From an uncultured Acidimicrobiaceae bacterium (GTDB taxonomy: Bacteria > Actinomycetota > Acidimicrobiia > Acidimicrobiales > RAAP-2): a DNA stretch of 64,000 nt. Below the pieces are notes generated by a model. That model was given only the letters and a program-made list of their open reading frames with translations. It searched no databases and was not told the origin of the DNA. Position 1 is the first letter of the stretch, and every line of letters begins with the position of its first letter. Location of the stretch: assembly GCA_963726545.1 (NCBI GenBank), contig CAVSCV010000008.1, positions 61,887 through 125,886 on the forward strand, read 5' to 3'. Below, in pieces: positions 1 to 8,180 of the stretch. Made by a program: the position numbers and the translations under genes.

Positions 1-98
1 ACCGGGCTGACCGGTCCGTCGCGGAGCACTGTGGCGGGGTGGCGATCCGGCGCTCGTCGTCGATGTCCCCCCGGACGTCGGTCCGGACGGCGCCACGA

Positions 99-135
99 GG
101 CGAGCGGGCGAGGGGCGAGGGGCGAGGGGCGGGGG
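99..135. repeat. Tandem heptanucleotide repeat, about 5 copies of GGGCGAG
   Basis: Read directly: GGCGAGC GGGCGAG GGGCGAG GGGCGAG GGGCGGG, just upstream of the first plus-strand ORF. Confidence 0.7.
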
Positions 136-177
136 CATGACGATGGTCGGAGGCGGCGCGGCTCGTGATCCAGTGCG

Positions 178-1080
178 ATGTCATCGCGCCGCGTCGCGCG
201 CATGTCACGGGAATTCGCGTCGAATCGTGCCTCGTCGGCGGAGGCACACGCTGTAACGTCGCTCGTCATGGCGCGTGAACCAATCGACCCGCACGAGTGG
301 CTGAGTTTCGAGGACGACGAAGAGGAGCGGACATGGGTCTTCGACGCCACGTTCCTCACCAGTAACTGGACCTGCATCTTCGGCAACGGGTGTCAGGGCG
401 TACTCACCGGGCCGGCCCCCGAGCTCGTGCAGGGCTGCTGCAGCTACGGCGCGCACCTGGTCGACAAGAAGGATGCCCGGCGGGTCGAGAAGGCGGCGGC
501 CACGCTGACTCCCGAAGAGTGGCAGAACCACGGCAAGAAGAAGAACGTGATTGAGGTGAACAAGCACGGCGAGACCGTGACCAAGTTGGTCGGCGACGCC
601 TGCATCTTCTTGAACAAGCCGGACTTCGCCGCCGGGGCGGGCTGCGCCTTCCACATCGCGGCGGAGCGCCGGGGCGTCAACTTCATGTCGCTCAAGCCCG
701 AGGTGTGCTGGCAGCTCCCGCTACGGCGAGAGGACCAGGTCGACGACGACGGGGGCCACGTCACCTCGGTCGTGCGCCAATGGGACCGCCGGCACTGGGG
801 CAAGGGCGGGCGCGAGTTCCACTGGTGGTGCACCGAGGCGCCCGACGCCTTCGTGGGCACCAAGCCGGTGTACAAGGAGATGGAGTCCGAACTCACCGAG
901 ATGGTGGGGGCCAAGGTCTACAAGGAGATGGTCTCGCTGCTCGACGAGCGGGCTCGGCTGCGCCAGCAGGGTGTGCCGCTCCCCCACCCGGCCGTGCGGC
1001 GACGCTCCGACACCGAGGCAGCGTCGGTCGGCGCCGTGGAGGTAGAGGTACAGGTGCAGGGGTCCGAGCCGGTCGCCTGA
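178..1080 (+). CDS. Conserved cysteine-rich hypothetical protein (possible metal or Fe-S binding)
   Basis: 300-aa ORF with several Cys motifs (CIFGNGCQG, GCCSYG, ACIFL, GCAFH, EVCW). Start uncertain (ATG at 178, 202 or 268). Confidence 0.6.
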   Translation: MSSRRVARMSREFASNRASSAEAHAVTSLVMAREPIDPHEWLSFEDDEEERTWVFDATFLTSNWTCIFGNGCQGVLTGPAPELVQGCCSYGAHLVDKKDARRVEKAAATLTPEEWQNHGKKKNVIEVNKHGETVTKLVGDACIFLNKPDFAAGAGCAFHIAAERRGVNFMSLKPEVCWQLPLRREDQVDDDGGHVTSVVRQWDRRHWGKGGREFHWWCTEAPDAFVGTKPVYKEMESELTEMVGAKVYKEMVSLLDERARLRQQGVPLPHPAVRRRSDTEAASVGAVEVEVQVQGSEPVA

Positions 1081-1139
1081 ACGGACCGTCCGGGGTGGCA
1101 GCCGATCAGGCTGCGCAGATGATCAGGCTGTGCGGACGA

Positions 1140-1346
1140 TCAGTCGTTGAGCGGGTCGTCGTCCGAGGTGGACGTCGCCGGCATGGAACCGAGGATGCGG
1201 TCGTACTTGTCCTCTTCCGCCATGCACCACGACGCATGCACGTCGTCCGGTTCAGCTCCGCACTCGACGCACTTCCCTGTCGACTCTGTAGAAGATCGCT
1301 TCAGGCTCCGCGCTTCCTCGAAGCGCCGATGGCGTCCTTTTTTCAC
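1140..1346 (-). CDS. Small hypothetical protein (68 aa), basic N-terminus, CxxC, acidic tail
   Basis: GTG start preceded by AAGGAG with a 6-nt spacer. Sequence begins KKGRHRRFEEARSLKR and contains CVEC. No family recognised. Confidence 0.5.
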   Translation of the reverse strand: MKKGRHRRFEEARSLKRSSTESTGKCVECGAEPDDVHASWCMAEEDKYDRILGSMPATSTSDDDPLND

Positions 1347-1468
1347 GAGAACTCCTTGTCACACCCGGTCCGCGCCAACGCGAGCCGCCCCACGGCCAGA
1401 CCGTACGGGCTCGTCCGACCGAATTGACAGTGTAGTGGCTGGCGGGCCCTGGTCTGCCCTGTCCCAGC

Positions 1469-1870
1469 TCAGCGAGATAATTCCCCGTCGGCCAGGCCCC
1501 GCTCCTCGAAGCCGCGGATGTCGTTGACCCCGTCCGGCCCGACCCGGAGCACCTGCCAACGCGGCTCTCCGTCCTGGAGGCGCATCCCGACCAGGACGGC
1601 GTTGCCGCGCACCTCGACATGGGTCACCGACGTCACACGTCGCCCGGCCTCACGCCCCTCGGCGTACCACTTCAGGACCTGGGCGCGGTTCTTGCAGGGC
1701 GGGTTGGCCTCGCCGGGCGGGCCCCAGTGGACGTCGGGACTGAGCAGCTCGGCGAAGCGCTCGAGGTCGTTGCTCTCGAGCACCTCGCGGACGTGGGCCG
1801 CCACGTACTCGGGCGTGACGGGCTTGGGGATCTGCGGCAGGTCGTCACTCACTGCCTTCCATTCCACCAT
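1469..1870 (-). CDS. SnoaL/NTF2-like small protein (tentative)
   Basis: 133-aa ORF. Size and sequence style fit SnoaL-like folds. Family assignment is from memory only. Confidence 0.5.
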   Translation of the reverse strand: MVEWKAVSDDLPQIPKPVTPEYVAAHVREVLESNDLERFAELLSPDVHWGPPGEANPPCKNRAQVLKWYAEGREAGRRVTSVTHVEVRGNAVLVGMRLQDGEPRWQVLRVGPDGVNDIRGFEERGLADGELSR

Positions 1871-1910
1871 CTACGCTGAGTGCGTGCCTGCGGCGTTCGA
1901 TCCTCAGGAG

Positions 1911-2150
1911 ATGATCGCCCGCTTTCGCCAGCGGGCCGAAGCGGTGCGAACGCGGGGCATGCCGCCGATCGAGGGCCCCGAACGGGTGCGCTTCCGTGAA
2001 CAGGCTCAGCGGGACTTCACGGACTACGCCATGATCGGCGATGCCGAGGCCGAACTGGTCGACGGCATCTTGACCCTGCGCATCGACCTGCGGCCCAAGC
2101 CGGCACCCGGGGACGGCGACGAGGCCGGCGGCGGCGAGGAGCAGCCCTAA
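1911..2150 (+). CDS. Hypothetical protein (79 aa)
   Basis: C-terminal part of ORF 1518..2150. ATG at 1911 (GTG 1884 is an alternative) lies just past the divergent gene. No homology recognised. Confidence 0.3.
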   Translation: MIARFRQRAEAVRTRGMPPIEGPERVRFREQAQRDFTDYAMIGDAEAELVDGILTLRIDLRPKPAPGDGDEAGGGEEQP

Positions 2151-2728
2151 CCGCCGTAGTGCATGCGGGTGTCCTCCATCCGCAGGACCTCGACCTCGGC
2201 CGGTTCGCCCCCCACCTCGGTGACCTCGCCGATGCAGAGGTCGTGGCTGCCGAGCTCGTCGACCCGCTCGAGGCGGCACACCAGAAAGGACGCCCTCGAG
2301 GCCAAGACGGGCAGGCGCCCGGGCCCGACCTCTTCGACCGGCTGGCCACTCATGGACGTCACCGTCCCGTCGACGGCCCGTTCCACGTCGACCACCGGCT
2401 TGACGAAGCGTCGCACCACGTCACGGTCGGACCGGGCGAGCACCGTCAGGGTGAAGGCCTCGCCGGCGCGGACGAGGCGGGTCGTGACCGACTCGTGCTC
2501 GAGGGCGACGGCGACCAGCTTCGGCTCCATGGAGACCTGCACGACCAGGTTGGCCGTCATGAGGTTGACCTCGTCGCCGGCGCGACTGCCGACGAGGTAC
2601 AGACCGGTGGTGAGGCTCCAGAGCACCCGGCGGCGGTGGCGGTCGAACTCGTCGGCCGCGGGGTCGGGAGTGGTGTCGCCGGCGGCTCCGGACGGCGGGG
2701 GCGGCGCGGCGGACGGTGGTGGGGTCAT
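2147..2728 (-). CDS. Flavin reductase family protein (FMN-binding split barrel)
   Basis: 193 aa. Pro-rich N-terminus followed by a flavin-reductase-like pattern (LWSLTTGLYLVGS, NLMTANLVVQVS, PKLVAVAL). 4-nt ATGA overlap with the upstream lipoprotein gene. Confidence 0.7.
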   Translation of the reverse strand: MTPPPSAAPPPPSGAAGDTTPDPAADEFDRHRRRVLWSLTTGLYLVGSRAGDEVNLMTANLVVQVSMEPKLVAVALEHESVTTRLVRAGEAFTLTVLARSDRDVVRRFVKPVVDVERAVDGTVTSMSGQPVEEVGPGRLPVLASRASFLVCRLERVDELGSHDLCIGEVTEVGGEPAEVEVLRMEDTRMHYGG

Positions 2729-3258
2729 CCGAAGATCCCGCCGACGCCCGAGTTGCCGCTGTTGCCCGACGTGGTCGTGGTCACCGGCGCCGAGCCGGTG
2801 ATCTGACGGATGCGCTGGATGACCTCGTCGTAGAGGGCGTCGGCCTTGATGCCCTCACGCTCGGACTTGGTGAGCAGCGTCTGGTTGGTGGCGCCTGAGT
2901 TGTAGCAGTCGTTGCCCGCGTCGCCCTCGAGGCCGTAGGCCTTGGTCAACAGATCGGTGACGGTGGGGTCGGGCGAGGGCAGCGAGCTGTTGGCCATCTC
3001 GGCGTCGTTGATCATGGTGCTGCAGGCGGCATGGAGCGCGCCGGCGCCGTTGGGCGCCACCTTGGCGATGCGGGCATTGTCGGCCACCAGGGTGCCGATG
3101 TTGGCCCCGAAGCTGGTCCCCTTGACCCAGACCGACATGCGGTGGGCGGCCGAGCCCTGCTGGTCGGCCCCGGCGCACGAGGTCAAGGCGAGGGCCGATC
3201 CGAGCATGACGAGGAGCAGGGTGAGCATGGTGGTCTTGTGGCGCCGGCGTCGATCCAT
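2725..3258 (-). CDS. Putative lipoprotein
   Basis: 177 aa. Basic N-terminus, hydrophobic core and lipobox LALTSC. Gly/Ser/Thr-rich C-terminal tail. Confidence 0.65.
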   Translation of the reverse strand: MDRRRRHKTTMLTLLLVMLGSALALTSCAGADQQGSAAHRMSVWVKGTSFGANIGTLVADNARIAKVAPNGAGALHAACSTMINDAEMANSSLPSPDPTVTDLLTKAYGLEGDAGNDCYNSGATNQTLLTKSEREGIKADALYDEVIQRIRQITGSAPVTTTTSGNSGNSGVGGIFG

Positions 3259-3268
3259 ACGTGGCGGA

Positions 3269-4543
3269 TCAGGTGGCCCGGACGATGTGGACGTTCCGCG
3301 GACCCTTGCGCAGCACCACGTAGCGGTCGTGCAGCAGGTCCGAGGAGCCCAGGGTGCGGGCGGCGTCGTCCTGCTTCACGTTGTTGACGTAGGCCCCGCC
3401 CTGCTCGATGGTGCGCCGGGCCTCGCCCCGTGACTTGGCCAGACCGGTGCGCGCCAGCAGGTCCACCAACCCGAGGCCGCCGTCGAGCAACTCGGCCCGG
3501 CTCACCTCCGTCGTCGGCGCGTCCTCGGTCACGGCGAGCAGCATGTCCTCGCCCAGCCCGGCGATCTCCACGTTGAAGAGCGCGGCCGAGGCCTCCTCGC
3601 ACCTGAACACCTCGGCCTCGCCGTGCACCATCGCCACCACGGCGCGGGCGAGGGCCTTCTGGGCCTGGCGGCGCTCCGGGTGCGACGCCGTCTCCGAGTC
3701 CAGTTGGGAGATTGCGCCGTGATCCAAGAAGGTGAAGAACCGCAACAGCTGGCCGACCTGTTCGTCGAGCGTGTTGACGAAGAACTGGTACATGGCGAAG
3801 GGGCTGGTGCGCCGCGCATCGAGCCAGACCGTCCCGCTCTCGGTCTTGCCGTACTTGGTGCCGTCGGCCTTGAGGACGAGCGGCGTGGTGAGCCCGTAGG
3901 CCTCGTCACCGCAGACCTTGCGGATGAGCTCGACGCCCATGGTGATGTTGCCCCACTGGTCGCTGCCGCCGATCTGCAGATCGCAGCCGTGGTCCACGTG
4001 CAGGCGCAGGAAGTCGTAGGCCTGCAGGAGCATGTAGCTGAACTCGGTGTAGCTGATGCCTTGGTCCGGGCGTTCGAAGCGCGTCTTGACGGACTCCTTG
4101 CCCACCATCTGGTTCACGGTGAAGTGCTTGCCGACGTCGCGGAGGAACTCGAGGGTCGAGAGGGTGGCCAGCCAGTCGGCGTTGTTGAGCAGGAGGGCGT
4201 GGTCCAGATTGAGGAACTGGCCGAGCTGCGGGCGCACGCACTCGAGGTACGACTCGATGGTCTCGAGGGTGAGCAGCTGGCGCTCGTCCTGCTTGCCGCC
4301 GGGGTCCCCGATCATGCCGGTGCCCCCGCCGGCCAGGGAGATGGGCAGGTGCCCGCCTTCTTGGAACCGGCGCAGCGTGCAGAGCGTGAGGAGGTTGCCC
4401 ACGTGGAGGCTGTCCGCGCTCGGGTCGAAGCCGGCGTAGAGGGTGATGGGGGCGGCCGGGTCATCGAGTCGCTTCGGCAGGCCGGGGTCGGTGACCTGGT
4501 GGATCAGGCCGCGGAAGGCGAGGTCCTCCGAGAGCGTGGGCAT
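3269..4543 (-). CDS. tyrS: Tyrosine--tRNA ligase
   Basis: HIGH-type motif (HVGNLL), KMSKS-type motif (KYGKTES) and a C-terminal S4-like domain. Start taken at MPTLSEDLAFRGLIHQ (ATG 4543). The ORF stays open up to 4630. Confidence 0.93.
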   Translation of the reverse strand: MPTLSEDLAFRGLIHQVTDPGLPKRLDDPAAPITLYAGFDPSADSLHVGNLLTLCTLRRFQEGGHLPISLAGGGTGMIGDPGGKQDERQLLTLETIESYLECVRPQLGQFLNLDHALLLNNADWLATLSTLEFLRDVGKHFTVNQMVGKESVKTRFERPDQGISYTEFSYMLLQAYDFLRLHVDHGCDLQIGGSDQWGNITMGVELIRKVCGDEAYGLTTPLVLKADGTKYGKTESGTVWLDARRTSPFAMYQFFVNTLDEQVGQLLRFFTFLDHGAISQLDSETASHPERRQAQKALARAVVAMVHGEAEVFRCEEASAALFNVEIAGLGEDMLLAVTEDAPTTEVSRAELLDGGLGLVDLLARTGLAKSRGEARRTIEQGGAYVNNVKQDDAARTLGSSDLLHDRYVVLRKGPRNVHIVRAT

Positions 4544-4628
4544 GCCTTTGATGCTGCCATACGCAGGTAGGTTGATTGGCCGCATGGTGCTCGGCGCGGG
4601 GTTCTCGGAAACGGTGCCTCCGTTGCCC

Positions 4629-6113
4629 ATGGAGGGGTCGTTGCCGCCGGACCTCCAGGGAATGCTCTACCGGGTGGGTCCGGGACGGCGGGACGGGGCG
4701 GGCTCGACACGCGGGGCGCTGCACGCCGTGGAGCTGCGCGACGGCCAGGCGGTGTCGTACCTGCGGGTCGACTCGCCGGCGGACGCCGGTGTCTTCTGGC
4801 ACGCCGGCTCGGTGCTGGCGCTGCCCGAGGCGGGACTGCCGTCGCAGTACTCCCGGCTGCTGGCGGCCGAGGAATTCGGTGGTGGCCTGACCGTGCCCAT
4901 CGCCTCGCACGTGCACCGCGTGGCATCGGACGGGGCGCGGGTGCTCTTCTCGGTCGACGACGGGCTGGGTGTCGGCGACGACGCCGACGCCCGCGCCGGC
5001 GGGGAGACCGAGGTCTGGTTGCGCCTGGGCGAATGGGATGCCGGCGGGGGCCTGCGCAACGCGCAGTCGGTCGCGCTCGAGCGCGCCACGTGGCAGCACG
5101 ACATCGGCGTGACCGAGGGGCACGTGGTGTTCATCGAGTCGCCGACTCGGAGGCTCGAGGGCTGGCGTGGTGCGGAGCGCGGTGCGAGCGGCGGTGTCGG
5201 TTCGGGCGGTGATGGTGGCGCGGTCGGTGCGGACGTCGACGCAGCGGCGATGTCCGAGCCGGCGGTGCCGTTCGGGTGGGTACCGGGCACCGAGGGATGG
5301 ATCGGCGTGGTTCCCCGGGGCGGCGACGGCTCGCTGGTGCGCTGGGTGCGCGTCGACCCCTGCCTCGTCACCCACGTGCTCGGCGCGTGGGAGGTCCCTG
5401 CCGGCGCTCGGCCGGGAGGACGCGAGGGTCCGGGGAATGATTCGGGAGGCCTGCCCGATATTGAGCTGTTCGTGTGCCGCTACGACGTGCCCGAAGCAGG
5501 GCAGCCGGTCGATCTGGCGGCCTCGGTGGTGGGGCCGGCGGGACTCGGACGGACGCCGATCGGAGGTGGCCTGGCCGTGCTGGAGCGGTGGCAGCTCGTG
5601 GGGGATCGACTCGAGCGCACGCAGTTGGACGACCGGAAGGTGGAGTACCCACGGATGGACCAGATGTGCGAGAGCAAGCCCTTCCGGTACGGCTACACGG
5701 TCGAGCTGGCGCCGGTTCCAGGCACCTCACGTTCAGCTTCAGGGTTAGGGTCGACTTCAGGTTTAGGGTTAGAGTTCGACGGATCGGCCTCCGGCGGCTC
5801 TGACGCCGGTGCGCTGGTCCACCCGGCCGGCCTCTTGAAGTTCGACCTCGATCGGGACGAGGTGGCGTCGTGGAGCCCCGCGGAAGGGAGGCGGGTGAGC
5901 GAGCCGGTCTTCGTGCGCTCCGTCGAGGGCCACAGCGACGAGGAGGGTTGGCTCCTCACCGTGGTGGACGACCCCGACCGGGGGGCGAGCGATCTCTACG
6001 TGCTCGACGCCTCCTCGCTCGGCCGGCGCTCCCCCGAGGCCGTGATCCACCTGCCCGAGCGCCTGCCCTTCCGGAGCCACGGCGAATGGGTTCCGGCTGA
6101 CCGGTATCGCTGA
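4629..6113 (+). CDS. Carotenoid oxygenase (RPE65/CCD) family protein, divergent
   Basis: Family landmarks in order: ALHAVE, ASHVHRV, QHDIGVTEGHVVFIESP, THVLGAWE and the C-terminal LPFRSHGEW. Two Gly/Ser-rich inserts. Start uncertain (ATG 4629 or 4584). Confidence 0.75.
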   Translation: MEGSLPPDLQGMLYRVGPGRRDGAGSTRGALHAVELRDGQAVSYLRVDSPADAGVFWHAGSVLALPEAGLPSQYSRLLAAEEFGGGLTVPIASHVHRVASDGARVLFSVDDGLGVGDDADARAGGETEVWLRLGEWDAGGGLRNAQSVALERATWQHDIGVTEGHVVFIESPTRRLEGWRGAERGASGGVGSGGDGGAVGADVDAAAMSEPAVPFGWVPGTEGWIGVVPRGGDGSLVRWVRVDPCLVTHVLGAWEVPAGARPGGREGPGNDSGGLPDIELFVCRYDVPEAGQPVDLAASVVGPAGLGRTPIGGGLAVLERWQLVGDRLERTQLDDRKVEYPRMDQMCESKPFRYGYTVELAPVPGTSRSASGLGSTSGLGLEFDGSASGGSDAGALVHPAGLLKFDLDRDEVASWSPAEGRRVSEPVFVRSVEGHSDEEGWLLTVVDDPDRGASDLYVLDASSLGRRSPEAVIHLPERLPFRSHGEWVPADRYR

Positions 6114-6197
6114 GGCGCTGCCGGCTCCCCCGCATGGTCGTGAGCCGGGCGTGTCGAGGGGCCTGACTTCTCCGCCGTTGAGGCACCCGTCGGTCGT

Positions 6198-6278
6198 GCC
6201 CTCGTCGCCTCGGCTCCTCAGGGGCCGCTGGTGATGGCCCCCGGCGACGAGGGCGCAGTGCGTGGCCGTGTCGGCCAC
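6198..6278 (+). terminator. Two GC-rich stem-loops downstream of the oxygenase gene (possible factor-independent terminator without a U-tract)
   Basis: 12-bp perfect inverted repeat GCCCTCGTCGCC (6198-6209) / GGCGACGAGGGC (6243-6254) enclosing GGGGCC..GGCCCC. It is followed by GTGGCCG-TGT-CGGCCAC (6262-6278). Confidence 0.3.
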
Positions 6279-6435
6279 GGTGGTGCGCGTCCGACGAGCG
6301 TGTCGGTGAACTCGCCGTTCGCCGTCGGTAGGGCGTCAGCGCACGTTCATTGCGTTCTCGTTCGAAGTGCTCGCCATCGTTGCGCGCGTATGGTTCCATA
6401 GCCACTCGAAACCCGAGCACGAAGGAGGTGCACAC

Positions 6436-6516
6436 ATGAAGTCGTCGACACACGATCAGAAGCCATTGCTGTGCGCTGCTGCTGCTGCCGCGGGTAATCG
6501 CGCTCTGCTGGCCTAA
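6436..6516 (+). CDS. Micro-ORF (26 aa, MKSSTHDQKPLLCAAAAAAGNRALLA)
   Basis: ATG 6436 preceded by GAAGGAGG with a 7-nt spacer. TAA stop at 6514-6516. Too short for the ORF track. Confidence 0.25.
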   Translation: MKSSTHDQKPLLCAAAAAAGNRALLA

Positions 6517-6651
6517 CCAGCATCGAGCTCGCGGACCGGCGCAACTGCGCCGCTCACACCTTTCACCGTTGGGACGGCGCGCCTCGCCGCGCCGCGTCCC
6601 GTTGTTACACCCCCCGTGAATACTTCTTCTCTGTACTTCAAGGAGCACCAA

Positions 6652-6861
6652 ATGCACCCCGAACTACTCCGGGCCCTCGCCAAGGCCAGACATGAGGATC
6701 TCCTCAACGCACGTCGAAGCCGAGGTCAGCCCCACAGCCAACGTCATGACCAATCACCGCGATTCCCTCGCTCACGACAGCGGGTGGGCTCGCTGCTCAT
6801 CTGGGCAGGTGCACGCGTCATCGGCGACCCGAGAACCGCGCTCGAGCTCTCGCACAAGTAG
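6652..6861 (+). CDS. Small hypothetical protein (69 aa), Arg-rich with a hydrophobic C-terminal segment
   Basis: ATG 6652 preceded by AAGGAG with a 6-nt spacer. Sequence MHPELLRALAKARHEDLL...RQRVGSLLIWAGARVIG resembles a common class of small actinobacterial hypothetical proteins. Confidence 0.4.
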   Translation: MHPELLRALAKARHEDLLNARRSRGQPHSQRHDQSPRFPRSRQRVGSLLIWAGARVIGDPRTALELSHK

Positions 6862-7013
6862 TCCGCTCGAGCGATCACACCGCGCCAGACAGTGCGGCAC
6901 GAGTCCCCCCGGTCGTGCCGCACTGTCTCGTGGGCCGGCGCCGACCTGGGCTCATGGTCATCCACGCAATTTCGGCGGCGTCTCCCGCACGCTGCCGGGA
7001 CCGTTCACTGTGT

Positions 7014-8180
7014 ATGACATCGAAGCCCCTGCGGGACGGACCTCGACCTGCGACGGTGTCGAGGAGGACCGAGTCGCTGGTCGCCAGCGTGGCGCAGCAC
7101 CACCAGGCGATCTCGGCCCATCAGAGCCAGTTGCTCAACGCCATCGTCGAGCTCGATCGGCGCCGGGCCTGGAGGGTCGACGGGTCGTCTTCCATGGTGG
7201 CCTGGCTGACGCTGCGCTGCAGCGTGTCGGCCAGCACCGCACGCGAGTGGGTCACGGCAGCGGCCAAATTGCAGCGGCTGCCCAAGATCTCCGATGCCCT
7301 CTCGAAGGGGAAGCTGTCGTTCGATCAGGTCAAGCCGCTCGTCGAGGTGGCGAAGCCCGAGACCGACGCCTCGCTCGCCGAGCAGGCCACCCACTGGTCG
7401 GCCAAGCAGGTCCGTGAGCTCGCCATCGCTTCGCGCCAGCAATCAGACCAGCAGGCGACCGGCTTCTACGCCCGTCGGTTCCTCCGCTTCGACGATCGAC
7501 GCCGCAGCCTCACGGGCGTCCTGCCCGTCGACCAGTACGCCGCGGTCAAGGGCGCCCTGGTGGATCGTGCCTCCCGAAAGGTGTCGGAGCACACCCCGTT
7601 CGACCAGCGGATGGCCGACGCACTGGTGGCCGTCTGCCAAGGGAATTCGGAGGCTGACAAGGGGCGTCGTCAGGCGGGTGGCCGGCGACGCAACCGCCCG
7701 ACGATGGTCGTCCACGCCGATATCTCCTTCCTGGCCGGCGGCCCCGGATCGGCTGAGTTCGATGTGCTCGGTCCCGTCTCGACCGAAGTGGCCCGGCGCC
7801 TGGCTTGCGACGCCAAGATCTTCGTCTCGGGCGACGGCCCCGACGGTCGTTCGCTCAATCTCGGCCGCACCCGGCGAGACCCGACCGACGCGCAACGAAT
7901 CGTCATTCGACGGCGCGACAAGGGGTGCCGTTTTCCCGGCTGCACCCACGTCGAATTCACCGACGTCCACCACGTCCGACACTGGATCGACGGTGGGGCG
8001 ACCGACCTCGACAACCTGGTCGAGCTGTGCGATCAGCACCACCGGGCGGTCCACGAACTGGGCTGGACCGTCTCGGGCGACGCCAATGTCGAGTTGACCT
8101 TCCGAAGTCCGACGGGCCGACTCAACCGGTCGACCCCCTCACCCGCGTTCACCCAAGCGCGCGACGGACCGCCTGGTTGA
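7014..8180 (+). CDS. HNH endonuclease with N-terminal DUF222 domain (13E12-repeat family)
   Basis: DUF222-like N-terminus (AWRVDGSSSMVAWLTLRCSVSASTAREWV). HNH motif CRFPGCTHVEFTDVHHVRHWIDGGATDLDNLVELCDQHHRAVH. Start taken at ATG 7014. Confidence 0.85.
   Translation: MTSKPLRDGPRPATVSRRTESLVASVAQHHQAISAHQSQLLNAIVELDRRRAWRVDGSSSMVAWLTLRCSVSASTAREWVTAAAKLQRLPKISDALSKGKLSFDQVKPLVEVAKPETDASLAEQATHWSAKQVRELAIASRQQSDQQATGFYARRFLRFDDRRRSLTGVLPVDQYAAVKGALVDRASRKVSEHTPFDQRMADALVAVCQGNSEADKGRRQAGGRRRNRPTMVVHADISFLAGGPGSAEFDVLGPVSTEVARRLACDAKIFVSGDGPDGRSLNLGRTRRDPTDAQRIVIRRRDKGCRFPGCTHVEFTDVHHVRHWIDGGATDLDNLVELCDQHHRAVHELGWTVSGDANVELTFRSPTGRLNRSTPSPAFTQARDGPPG

Larger units (their letters stand above)
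6340..8180 (+). mobile_element. REP13E12-like cassette: lower-GC leader with two SD-led small ORFs plus a DUF222/HNH endonuclease gene
   Basis: Local GC drop at 6340-6660. The HNH/DUF222 gene family is the one carried by mycobacterial REP13E12 repeats. The 3' end overlaps the convergent menD by 32 nt. No terminal repeats identified. Confidence 0.3.

Noticed and set aside
1-138. Possible minus-strand gene start (ATG at 138) running off the left edge
   Set aside because: Only 46 codons are visible, they are Pro/Arg-rich, and they are largely encoded by the heptamer repeat. There is not enough evidence to call it.
4628-4631. Overlapping divergent start codons (CCATGG) of tyrS and the oxygenase gene
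   Set aside because: TyrS homology begins ~29 codons downstream (ATG 4543), so the overlap is probably only an open-frame artefact.
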